A stretch of 64,000 nucleotides of DNA from Macrostomum hystrix. Its lineage: Eukaryota; Animalia; Platyhelminthes. The position numbers and the translations under genes are program-made. This document shows positions 11,901-23,700 of the stretch, piece after piece (the first letter of the stretch is position 1; each line of letters begins with the position of its first letter). The notes under the pieces were generated by a model. The model did no database searches. It saw only the letters and a list, made by a program, of their open reading frames with translations, and was not told the DNA's origin. Location: the NCBI GenBank assembly GCA_950097015.1, contig CATNEN010000038.1:25048001-25112000 (forward strand), in the 5' to 3' direction.

Positions 11901-14528
11901 AAACCTGGCATAATTTCACAGAACGTACTGCAAGACGCCGAAGAGGTGACAGTGCTGGACAACTCGCATCCGCTCACCTGGCAGGTGAAGAAAGCCGATG
12001 GCACCGTGATGCAAGTGCCCAGTATTTGTATCTGGCTTCCGCCGCCAGACACTGAAGCCGTCGAAGTAGCTTATGCGTGAGTGATTGATTGATTTAGTTC
12101 TATAGAGCAATTCGAGATGGGATTACTGATGGATTCTCAAGTAATAATGGGAGTACTTGATTTCTAATCGATAAATATTACAATCGTGTAATATATAACT
12201 TTTCGTTATAAGCGTGCGTCGCAAGCTGCTAAACACGTGGGCCGCGTTGCTTAGCAAACTCCGCGTTTGGCTTGTGGACTTTTACACCAGCTACCTGCAA
12301 CTGCTGGGCAGCAGAACTGTGGTAAGCTGCTTCATTGCACCCGCTAGTTTTTTTAAAGCTGCCCATACAACTAACTCAATATGTCAGTAGAGTAGTTCGA
12401 GTTTTTTGTGACAAAATTTCAGCGAGTGAAAGCCAAAGTCCTGGCAGGATTCGAAGACTTTCTAAACCAGGTTGAGAAGGCCACAACGGATGTGTTCTCA
12501 GACACGGCTAATTGCTACCTTCTCTCGCAATCCATACGTGATGTGCGTGCCAACCTCACGCAGTGGCGTACGTAAAAATACACTGGCTGCATTTCAAAAT
12601 CCACTGTTATCCCAGTCCCTTCAAAGCATCCACTGTTACCCCAGTCCCTTCAAAGCATCCACTGTTACCCCAGTCCCTTCAAAGCATCCACTGTTACCCC
12701 AGTCCCTTCAAAGCATCCACTGTTACCCCAGTCCCTTCAAAGCATCCACTGTTACCCCAGTCCCTTCAAAGCATCCACTGTTACCCCAGTCCCTTCAAAG
12801 CTTCCACTGTTACCCCAGTCCCTTCAAAGCATCCACTGTTACCCCAGTCCCTTCAAAGCATCCACTGTTACCCCAGTCCCTTCAAAGCATCCACTGTTAC
12901 CCCAGTCCCTTCAAAGCATCCACTGTTACCCCAGTCCCTTCAAAGCTTCCACTGTTACCCCAGTCCCTTCAAAGCATCCACTGTTATCCCAGTCCCTTCA
13001 AAGCATCCACTGTTACCCCAGTCCCTTCAAAGCATCCACTGTTACCCCAGTCCCTTCAAAGCATCCACTGTTACCCCAGTCCCTTCAAAGCATCCACTGT
13101 TACCCCAGTCCCTTCAAAGCATCCACTGTTACCCCAGTCCCTTCAAAGCATCCACTGTTACCCCAGTCCCTTCAAAGCATCCACTGTTACCCCAGTCCCT
13201 TCAAAGCATCCACTGTTACCCCAGTCCCTTCAAAGCATCCACTGTTACCCCAGTCCCTTCAAAGCATCCACTGTTACCCCAGTCCCTTCAAAGCATCCAC
13301 TGTTATCCCAGTCCCTTCAAAGCATCCACTGTTACCCCAGTCCCTTCAAAGCATCCACTGTTACCACAGTCCCTTCAAAGCATCCACTGTTACCCCAGTC
13401 CCTTCAAAGCATCCACTGTTACCCCAGTCCCTTCAAAGCATCCACTGTTACCCCAGTCCCTTCAAAGCATCCACTGTTACCACAGTCCCTTCAAAGCATC
13501 CACTGTTACCCCAGTCCCTTCAAAGCATCCACTGTTACCCCAGTCCCTTCAAAGCATCCACTGTTACCCCAGTCCCTTCAAAGCATCCACTGTTACCCCA
13601 GTCCCTTCAAAGCATCCACTGTTATGCCAGTCCCTTTAAAGCATCCACTGTTACCCCAGTCCCTTCAAAGCATCCACTGTTATCCCAGTCCCTTTAAAGC
13701 ATCCACTGTTACCCCAGTCCCTTCAAAGCATCCACTGTTATCCCAGTCCCTTCAAAGCATCCACTGTTAAGCTAGTCCCTTCAATGCGTCAAATGTATTT
13801 TCCGATGAAGTCTTGAGTGTCATCCTCTAAGGCCCTTGACAACAGCAGATTCATATCTTTCTTTCGCTTTCCAGTCGGTGGTGACGAAGCACCATCCGTG
13901 AAGGAAAGCGAGGTGCCTTTGCTCCAATCTCTGCTAAGAAAACTGCTGGAGCACATGCGACACTGGAAGTACTTCAACGAGCAGATGGAATTTGCGCGCG
14001 ACGACAGACGCCAGCTGATGCAGGAGACTTCAAGAGTCATGAATGCCTTCCACACGCTCAGGTGTGAAACCGTTAAGCAAGCTTACTTAGCAGTATACGC
14101 TCGTACAATCTTAGCAAAAGTCAAAAGTAGTATCTATAACGAGAGGTGACTTGCTCTCACTGCTCTAACTCAAAAGCAAACAGCTTATTATTTTCTCCTG
14201 ACAAGGGAGCTGCATTTCTTCTCTAACAGTGACGTCGCGTTAGTCGTGATTAAACCACATAATTATGATAGATTTAAGGTAGAGAAAGTTCTCTTCAGGC
14301 TTCTTTTCGAGCATATAAGTGGCCACTCTATTTGGACATTTGAATTGTATATTTTTATTTTACTCAGAGACAGATTAAAATTTCCCCTTCATTCTTGTAC
14401 ACAGTCGCATACAGGATGAGAGTCGCTCCCAGCTAGAAGAGCTGCAGAACAAGATGGAGGAGTGGCGACTCTACACGCCAATGTCCGTGGAGTCTCGACG
14501 CTCGTCAACAATGCGAGTAGAAATGCTG
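8932..14528 (+). CDS. Plakin-domain (spectrin repeats + SH3 insert) N-terminus of a giant protein; exons 8932-9315, 10122-10346, 10548-10694, 11922-12076, 12213-12321, 12423-12567, 13875-14061, 14405-14528 (492 aa)
   Basis: All junctions are GT-AG and phase-compatible. VTQSWDWVSKLGELMQLHLKNSADYHSFYHNANE matches plectin/dystonin [38 protein letters not shown]...EEVTVLDNSHPLTWQVKKADGTVMQVPSICIWLPPPDTEA matches the plakin SH3 (..SHWKV..VPSVCFLVPPPNQEA). Confidence 0.85.
9430..9990. repeat. Intronic minisatellite, 27-28 bp unit
   Basis: gaggtcgataccttaaacattactactt repeated about 20 times in plakin intron 1. Confidence 0.95.
11090..11872. repeat. Intronic minisatellite, 31 bp unit
   Basis: gatcccttatccctgaagtcagatctatcat repeated about 24 times. 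Confidence 0.95.
12598..13785. repeat. Intronic minisatellite, 29 bp unit
   Basis: catccactgttaccccagtcccttcaaag repeated about 40 times, starting ~30 bp after the donor at 12568. Confidence 0.97.
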
Positions 14529-14752
14529 GTAAGTTATTTTTGCAGCGCAATTTTCGCTTCAGAGTCCCATTTAGAGTCTGATAATCTGTCAATCAAAATT
14601 ATGCGCGCAATTACAAATCAACAACTTACGAGTATATAATGCATTTTCCGCATAAATATTTTTTCGCATATTTAGAAAATATTTCTTTCGATTTCTACGC
14701 TCTTTCTATGCTACAGCCTTTGGCTTTTACAATGTCAACAAACAACTTGCAG

Positions 14753-17700
14753 GAAGTTGCTCAAAAACTCCAGGAGGAGGAGGTAAACTCCACTAGCACC
14801 CTAGCGGGTGAAGACTCTGAACAAGTCGACAGGACGGCGGACATTGTTTTCGAGGGAGGCGGCGGCGACAGAGATAGAGACTGGCAACTCTCCGAATGGT
14901 TAGGCAGCCTGCAATCCAAAAGCATTGAGGCCGCCTGTCAAACGGATTGGACTGTCAGTGACGAGAGAGCGCAGGGTGCTATCGAGCGCGCCAGGCACGA
15001 TCAGAGTGTCTCCACCCAGTCCGAGAAGGTCATCATAGTCGAAGAGAAACGGCTGGCTCCAACCCCCAGCAACTGGGTTAGCGCATACTCTGAGTATAGA
15101 AACCCGGGTCACAGAGTGACTGAGGATCGATCCGTTAGACAGCTGGTGTACAACTATATCGAAGAAAATGCCAGAGAAGTGAAGTCCTATCTGCACCAGC
15201 ATCATCCAGAGCTAATTGTGAATTCCACTTCAATGCATTCTCACCACACGCTGATTGTCAATAGCGGCGCTGCTGGCGGTATCGAAGCTGCCGAACGGGA
15301 CTTGGTGGATGCCGTGTTTCGACAACAGCAAAGGACGACGCCAAAAGCAACAGGCACCGAGGAAGCTATGGTGGTCGCACGGCCCAGCACCAGAGGAAGA
15401 GGTCTGCAGACAGTGCAAGAAAGAGAAATACCACTGATATCAAACTCCTTAGTGGCATTTGAGGTGCCGATTCTGACAACTCTTCTGGATGTGCGAGTTG
15501 ACACTAGCGACTCAGGGAATCAAACAGTGTGGTCAAAGATCAGTCATACCGAGTGCAGTGCCGAATTGCTCACACAGAGCACTGCCGTCGCGTGGCATCC
15601 ATTGCTGACAGCCAACGGACATGGAGTGTTTCAAGAAATCGACACAGCGACTACGCTAGCTCAAACAAAAAAAGACCTTAACGTTAGCGGAAGCGGCGTA
15701 TACAGAGAAGTCAGACTAGAAAACAACTGCATGGCCGCTGAACCCCTCTGTTTCACTGCCATCGTGCAAACAGATGCTCCGATTGCCGCCGCCAACGCCG
15801 TGTACTTAGAAGTCGAGTATAAGACTACTACGATTGAGTTCGCAGCAGCGCAAACACGAGAGGCCGCATTGCAAACCTCAGCAAGTGTGTACAACAGTAC
15901 AAATTGCAGTGGTGAGCTTCGCTACCTCAATAGCGATGTTCAAAAGCGCGAAGACTTAGTAAAAACTCACGCAACCGAAGCGAGTCAAGAAACTTTGGCA
16001 AGATCGGCTCGAATAGATGCAAAGCCGCAAATTTCTACAGCTAGCATAAAATTTTCGCCAACAGTCACAAGCTCGGGTGTCTACCAGGAATTAAAAATGA
16101 AACAAGAAAATGTGCTCGCGAAAAAAGATTTCCTAATCAGTGCAACGCAAAGCAGCATAGAGATAAAAACTGAAGCCGCTTTAGTTGCAGCGAAACAGGA
16201 CCTAACTTCAACAGGAGCACACAAAGAATTCCAAAGTCAAGACAGTTGCATTCACTGGCAATTCAAAAACAAAACAGCTACAACAACGGCGCACCATACT
16301 TCCCAAATGATCGAGGCAAAGATAAACGTTTACCAGACAACTTCAGCAACACAAGCATCCAGGGAAACACAATACCTTGACTGTGCAGTAAAATCAGAAA
16401 CAAGAAGTGGTGACGCAATTGTATGCGTCAAACAAGCGATAACAGCCATGGGAGTCTACGATCAAATAGACACAGACACAGCATCAGTGACGAAAAAAAG
16501 CGATATTGCTGTAGCATCAACCCAATGCCACAGGGAAACCCATCTCATTGAAAGAAAAGCTATGTTTCGGAACAACATTAAACTCACAAGCAGTGGCGTC
16601 TTCAGAGAGATGAGGCTACAGAATGGCAGAGCGCAGTTCAAGGAAGAAGTCGCCGTGACCGCTAGCGGATGCTTCAAAGAGTCACATCTGAGCGAGAGCA
16701 GAGCGCAGTTCAAGGAAGAAGTCGCTGTGACGAGCAGTGGCGTCTTCAGAGAGATGAGCCTCAACGAGAGCCGAGTGCAGTTCAAGGAGGAGATCGCCGT
16801 CACTGGAAGCGGCTGCTTCAAAGAACAAGCGTATGCGCAGAGCCAGGTGCAGCACGGAGAGATCATCGAGGTCAGTGCCACAGGCTGCTACAAAGAGTCA
16901 CATCTGAGCGAGAGCAGAGCGCAGTTCAAGGAAGAAGTCGCCGTGACCGCTAGCGGATGCTTCAAAGAGTCACATCTGAGCGAGAGCAGAGCGCAGTTCA
17001 AGGAAGAAGTTGCTGTGACGAGCAGTGGCGTCTTCAGAGAGATGAGCCTCAACGAGAGCCGAGTGCAGTTCAAGGAGGAGATCGCCGTCACTGGAAGCGG
17101 CTGCTTCAAAGAACAAGCGTATGCGCAGAGCCAGGTGCAGCACGGAGAGATCATCGAGGTCAGTGCCACAGGCTGCTTCAAAGAGTCAAATCTGAGCGAG
17201 AGCAGAGTGCAGTTCAAGGAAGAAGTCGCTGTGACGAGCAGTGGCGTCTTCAGAGAGATGAGCCTCAACGAGAGCCGAGTGCAGTTCAAGGAGGAGATCG
17301 CCGTCACTGGAAGCGGCTGCTTCAAAGAACAAGCGTATGCGCAGAGCCAGGTGCAGCACGGAGAGATCATCGAGGTCAGTGCCACAGGCTGCTTCAAAGA
17401 GTCAAATCTGAGCGAGAGCAGAGTGCAGTTCAAGGAAGAAGTCGCTGTGACGAGCAGTGGCGTCTTCAGAGAGATGAGCCTCAACGAGAGCCGAGTGCAG
17501 TTCAAGGAGGAGATCGCCGTCACTGGAAGCGGCTGCTTCAAAGAACAAGCGTATGCGCAGAGCCAGGTGCAGCACGGAGAGATCATCGAGGTCAGTGCCA
17601 CAGGCTGCTTCAAAGAGTCAAATCTGAGCGAGAGCAGAGTGCAGTTCAAGGAAGAAGTCGCTGTGACGAGCAGTGGCGTCTTCAGAGAGATGAGCCTCAA

Positions 17701-20700
17701 CGAGAGCCGAGTGCAGTTCAAGGAGGAGATCGCCGTCACTGGAAGCGGCTGCTTCAAAGAACAAGCGTATGCGCAGAGCCAGGTGCAGCACGGAGTGATC
17801 ATCGAGGTCAGTGCCACAGGCTGCTTCAAAGAGTCACATCTGACCGAGAGCAGAGCGCAGTTCAAGGAAGAAGTCGCTGTGACGAGCAGTGGCGTCTTCA
17901 GAGAGATGAGCCTCAACGAGAGCCGAGTGCAGTTCAAGGAGGAGATCGCCGTCACTGGAAGCGGCTGCTTCAAAGAGTCACATCTGAGCGAGAGCAGAGC
18001 GCAGTTCAAGGAAGAAGTCGCCGTGACCGCTAGCGGATGCTTCAAAGAGTCACATCTGAGCGAGAGCAGAGCGCAGTTCAAGGAAGAAGTCGCTGTGACG
18101 AGCAGTGGCGTCTTCAGAGAGATGAGCCTCAACGAGAGCCGAGTGCAGTTCAAGGAGGAGATCGCCGTCACTGGAAGCGGCTGCTTCAAAGAACAAGCGT
18201 ATGCGCAGAGCCAGGTGCAGCACGGAGAGATCATCGAGGTCAGTGCCACAGGCTGCTTCAAAGAGTCAAATCTGAGCGAGAGCAGAGTGCAGTTCAAGGA
18301 AGAAGTCGCTGTGACGAGCAGTGGCGTCTTCAGAGAGATGAGCCTCAACGAGAGCCGAGTGCAGTTCAAGGAGGAGATCGCCGTCACTGGAAGCGGCTGC
18401 TTCAAAGAACAAGCGTATGCGCAGAGCCAGGTGCAGCACGGAGTGATCATCGAGGTCAGTGCCACAGGCTGCTTCAAAGAGTCACATCTGACCGAGAGCA
18501 GAGCGCAGTTCAAGGAAGAAGTCGCTGTGACAAGCAGTGGCGTCTTCAGAGAGATGAGCCTCAACGAGAGCCGAGTGCAGTTCAAGGAGGAGATCGCCGT
18601 CACTGGAAGCGGCTGCTTCAAAGAGTCACATCTGAGCGAGAGCAGAGCGCAGTTCAAGGAAGAAGTCGCCGTGACCGCTAGCGGATGCTTCAAAGAGTCA
18701 CATCTGAGCGAGAGCAGAGCGCAGTTCAAGGAAGAAGTCGCTGTGACGAGCAGTGGCGTCTTCAGAGAGATGAGCCTCAACGAGAGCCGAGTGCAGTTCA
18801 AGGAGGAGATCGCCGTCACTGGAAGCGGCTGCTTCAAAGAACAAGCGTATGCGCAGAGCCAGGTGCAGCACGGAGAGATCATCGAGGTCAGTGCCACAGG
18901 CTGCTTCAAAGAGTCACATCTGAGCGAGAGCAGAGCGCAGTTCAAGGAAGAAGTCGCCGTGACCGCTAGCGGATGCTTCAAAGAGTCACATCTGAGCGAG
19001 AGCAGAGCGCAGTTCAAGGAAGAAGTTGCTGTGACGAGCAGTGGCGTCTTCAGAGAGATGAGCCTCAACGAGAGCCGAGTGCAGTTCAAGGAGGAGATCG
19101 CCGTCACTGGAAGCGGCTGCTTCAAAGAACAAGCGTATGCGCAGAGCCAGGTGCAGCACGGAGAGATCATCGAGGTCAGTGCCACAGGCTGCTTCAAAGA
19201 GTCAAATCTGAGCGAGAGCAGAGTGCAGTTCAAGGAAGAAGTCGCTGTGACGAGCAGTGGCGTCTTCAGAGAGATGAGCCTCAACGAGAGCCGAGTGCAG
19301 TTCAAGGAGGAGATCGCCGTCACTGGAAGCGGCTGCTTCAAAGAACAAGCGTATGCGCAGAGCCAGGTGCAGCACGGAGAGATCATCGAGGTCAGTGCCA
19401 CAGGCTGCTTCAAAGAGTCAAATCTGAGCGAGAGCAGAGTGCAGTTCAAGGAAGAAGTCGCTGTGACGAGCAGTGGCGTCTTCAGAGAGATGAGCCTCAA
19501 CGAGAGCCGAGTGCAGTTCAAGGAGGAGATCGCCGTCACTGGAAGCGGCTGCTTCAAAGAACAAGCGTATGCGCAGAGCCAGGTGCAGCACGGAGTGATC
19601 ATCGAGGTCAGTGCCACAGGCTGCTTCAAAGAGTCACATCTGACCGAGAGCAGAGCGCAGTTCAAGGAAGAAGTCGCTGTGACGAGCAGTGGCGTCTTCA
19701 GAGAGATGAGCCTCAACGAGAGCCGAGTGCAGTTCAAGGAGGAGATCGCCGTCACTGGAAGCGGCTGCTTCAAAGAGTCACATCTGAGCGAGAGCAGAGC
19801 GCATTTCAAGGAAGAAGTCGCCGTGACCGCTAGCGGATGCTTCAAAGAGTCACATCTGAGCGAGAGCAGAGCGCAGTTCAAGGAAGAAGTCGCTGTGACG
19901 AGCAGTGGCGTCTTCAGAGAGATGAGCCTCAACGAGAGCCGAGTGCAGTTCAAGGCGGAGATCGCCGTCACTGGAAGCGGCTGCTTCAAAGAACAAGCGT
20001 ATGCGCAGAGCCAGGTGCAGCACGGAGAGATCATCGAGGTCAGTGCCACAGGCTGCTTCAAAGAGTCACATCTGAGCGAGAGCAGAGCGCAGTTCAAGGA
20101 AGAAGTCGCTGTGACGAGCAGTGGCGTCTTCAGAGAGATGAGCCTCAACGAGAGCCGAGTGCAGTTCAAGGAGGAGATCGCCGTCACTGGAAGCGGCTGC
20201 TTCAAAGAACAAGCGTATGCGCAGAGCCAGGTGCAGCACGGAGAGATCATCGAGGTCAGTGCCACAGGCTGCTTCAAAGAGTCACATCTGAGCGAGAGCA
20301 GAGCGCAGTTCAAGGAAGAAGTCGCTGTGACGAGCAGTGGCGTCTTCAGAGAGATGAGCCTCAACGAGAGCCGAGTGCAGTTCAAGGAGGAGATCGCCGT
20401 CACTGGAAGCGGCTGCTTCAAAGAACAAGCGTATGCGCAGAGCCAGGTGCAGCACGGAGAGATCATCGAGGTCAGTGCCACAGGCTGCTTCAAAGAGTCA
20501 CATCTGAGCGAGAGCAGAGCGCAGTTCAAGGAAGAAGTCGCTGTGACGAGCAGTGGCGTCTTCAGAGAGATGAGCCTCAACGAGAGCCGAGTGCAGTTCA
20601 AGGAGGAGATCGCCGTCACTGGAAGCGGCTGCTTCAAAGAACAAGCGTATGCGCAGAGCCAGGTGCAGCACGGAGAGATCATCGAGGTCAGTGCCACAGG

Positions 20701-23700
20701 CTGCTTCAAAGAGTCACATCTGAGCGAGAGCAGAGCGCAGTTCAAGGAAGAAGTCGCTGTGACGAGCAGTGGCGTCTTCAGAGAGATGAGCCTCAACGAG
20801 AGCCGAGTGCAGTTCAAGGAGGAGATCGCCGTCACTGGAAGCGGCTGCTTCAAAGAACTAGCGTATGCGCAGAGCCAGGTGCAGCACGGAGAGATCATCG
20901 AGGTCAGTGCCACAGGCTGCTTCAAAGAGTCACATCTGAGCGAGAGCAGAGCGCAGTTCAAGGAAGAAGTCGCTGTGACGAGCAGTGGCGTCTTCAGAGA
21001 GATGAGCCTCAACGAGAGCCGAGTGCAGTTCAAGGAGGAGATCGCCGTCACTGGAAGCGGCTGCTTCAAAGAACAAGCGTATGCGCAGAGCCAGGTGCAG
21101 CACGGAGAGATCATCGAGGTCAGTGCCACAGGCTGCTTCAAAGAGTCACATCTGAGCGAGAGCAGAGCGCAGTTCAAGGAAGAAGTCGCTGTGACGAGCA
21201 GTGGCGTCTTTAGAGAGATGAGTCTCAACGAGAGCCGAGTGCAGTTCAAGGAGGAGATCGCCGTCACTGGAAGCGGCTGCTTCAAAGAACAAGCGTATGC
21301 GCAGAGCCAGGTGCAGCACGGAGAGATCATCGAGGTCAGTGCCACAGGCTGCTTTAAAGAGTCACATCTGAGCGAGAGCAGAGCGCAGTTCAAGGAAGAA
21401 GTCGCTGTGACGAGCAGTGGCGTCTTCAGAGAGATGAGCCTCAACGAGAGCCGAGTGCAGTTCAAGGAGGATATCGCCGTCGCTGGAAGCGGATGCTTCA
21501 AAGAACGAGCGTATGCGCAGAGCCAGGTGCAGCACGGAGAGATCATCGAGGTCAGTGCCACAGGCTGCTTCAAAGAGTCATATCTGAGCGAGAGCAGGGT
21601 GCAGTTTAAAGAGGTAGTCACCGTGACTGGAAGCGGGTGTTTCGTGGAGATGCCTTTTATGGAGAGTAATTTTAAGTTTAAGCATGAACGACCTGTCGTA
21701 TTTACAGATAGTTCACTTGAAGTTGTTTACTTGACAAACTCGATTTTCGCGAATCGAAGTATTAATTTTTCTTGCACTGAAGCTCATCATGAAATATTTA
21801 CTAGTAATGCCGAAACTGATAACGACGAGTACGTTGAAGTAAAAGTAGCGAAACGCTTTTTCAAAGAAGGCCGACCTAGCGTTGAGACACAAACTGTAAA
21901 TGAGATTGCTAATACTGAGTGCAAAATAGAGTACAAACATACAGACGCACAAGTACAAATCAACCTGTGCAACGTCACCTCGACAGAATGCAACATTGAG
22001 AGAGAATATATTGCTAGTAAAATGGCTCATAATGAGCCAAAGAACATCAGTGTAACCAGTTGTCATTTAGAAACAAAAAGTATAAATAGCAACTTACAGT
22101 ATAAGGACGAAGTCGCCGTGACCGCTAGCGGATGCTTCAGAGAGTCACATATGAGCGAGAGCAGAGTGCAGTTCAAGGAACAAGTCGCTGTGACGAGCAG
22201 TGGCGTCTTCAGAGAGATGAGCCTCAACGAGAGCAGAGTGCAGTTCAAGGAGGAGATCACCGTCACTGGAAGCGGCTGCTTCAAAGAACAAGCGTATGCG
22301 CAGAGCCAGGTGCAGCACGGAGAGATCATCGAGTTCAGCGCCACATGCTGCTTTAAAGAATCACATCTGAGCGAGAGCAGAGCGCAGTTTAAGGAAGAAG
22401 TCGCTGTGACGAGCAGTGGCGTCTTCAGAGAGATGAGCCTCAACGAGAGCCGAGTGCAGTTCAAGGAGGAGATCGCCGTCACTGAAAGCGGATGCTTCAA
22501 AGAACTAGCGTATGCGCAGAGCCAGGTGCAGCACGGAGAGATCATCGAGGTCAGTGCCACAGGCTGCTTTAAAGAGTCACATCTGAGCGAGAGCAGAGCG
22601 CAGTTCAAGGAAGAAGTCGCCGTGACCGCTAGCGGATGCTTCAAAGAGTCACATCTGAGCGAGAGCAGAGCGCAGTTCAAGGAAGAAGTCGCTGTGACGA
22701 GCAGTGGCGTCTTCAGAGAGATGAGCCTCAACGAGAGCAGAGTGCAGTTCAAGGAGGAGATCGCCGTCAGTGGAAGCGGCTGCTTCAAAGAACAAGCGTA
22801 TGCGCATAGTCAGGTGCAGCACGGAGAGATCATCGAGGTCAGTGCAACAGGCTGCTTCAAAGAGTCACATCTGAGCGAGAGCAGAGCGCAGTTCAAGGAA
22901 GAAGTCGCTGTGACGAGCAGTGGCGTCTTCAGAGAGATGAGCCTTAACGTGAGCCGAGTGCAGTTCAAGGAGGAGATCGCCGTCACTGGAAGCGGCTGCT
23001 TCAAAGAACAAGCGTATGCGCATAGTCAGGTGCAGCACGGAGAGATCATCGAGGTCAGTGCAACAGGCTGCTTCAAAGAGTCACATCTGAGCGAGAGCAA
23101 AGCGCAGTTCAAGGAAGAAGTCGCCGTGACCGCTAGTGGATGTTTCAAAGAGTCACATCTGAGCGAGAGCAGAGCGCAGTTCAAGGAAGAAGTCGTTGTG
23201 ACGAGCAGTGGCGTCTTCAGAGAGATGAGCCTCAACGAGAGCAGAGTGCAGTTCAAGGAGGAGATCGCCGTCACTGGAAGCGGCTGCTTCAAAGAACAAG
23301 CGTATGCGCAGAGCCAGGTGCAGCACGGAGAGATCATCGAGGTCAGTGCCACAGGCTGCTTCAAAGAGTCACATCTGAGCGAGAGCAGAGCGCAGTTCAA
23401 GGAAGAAGTCGCTGTGACGAGCAGTGGCGTCTTCAGAGAGATGAGCCTCAACGAGAGCCGAGTGCAGTTCAAGGAGGAGATCGCCGTCACTGGAAGCGGC
23501 TGCTTCAAAGAACTAGCGTATGCGCAGAGCCAGGTGCAGCACGGAGAGATCATCGAGGTCAGTGCCACAGGCTGCTTCAAAGAGTCACATCTGAGCGAGA
23601 GCAGAGCGCAGTTCAAGGAAGAAGTCGCCGTGACCGCTAGCGGATGCTCCAAAGAGTCACATCTGAGCGAGAGCAGAGCGCAGTTCAAGGAAGAAGTCGC

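Noticed and set aside
12472-13770. 432- and 358-aa ORFs
   Set aside because: Translation of a 29-bp satellite lying inside a phase-consistent plakin intron.
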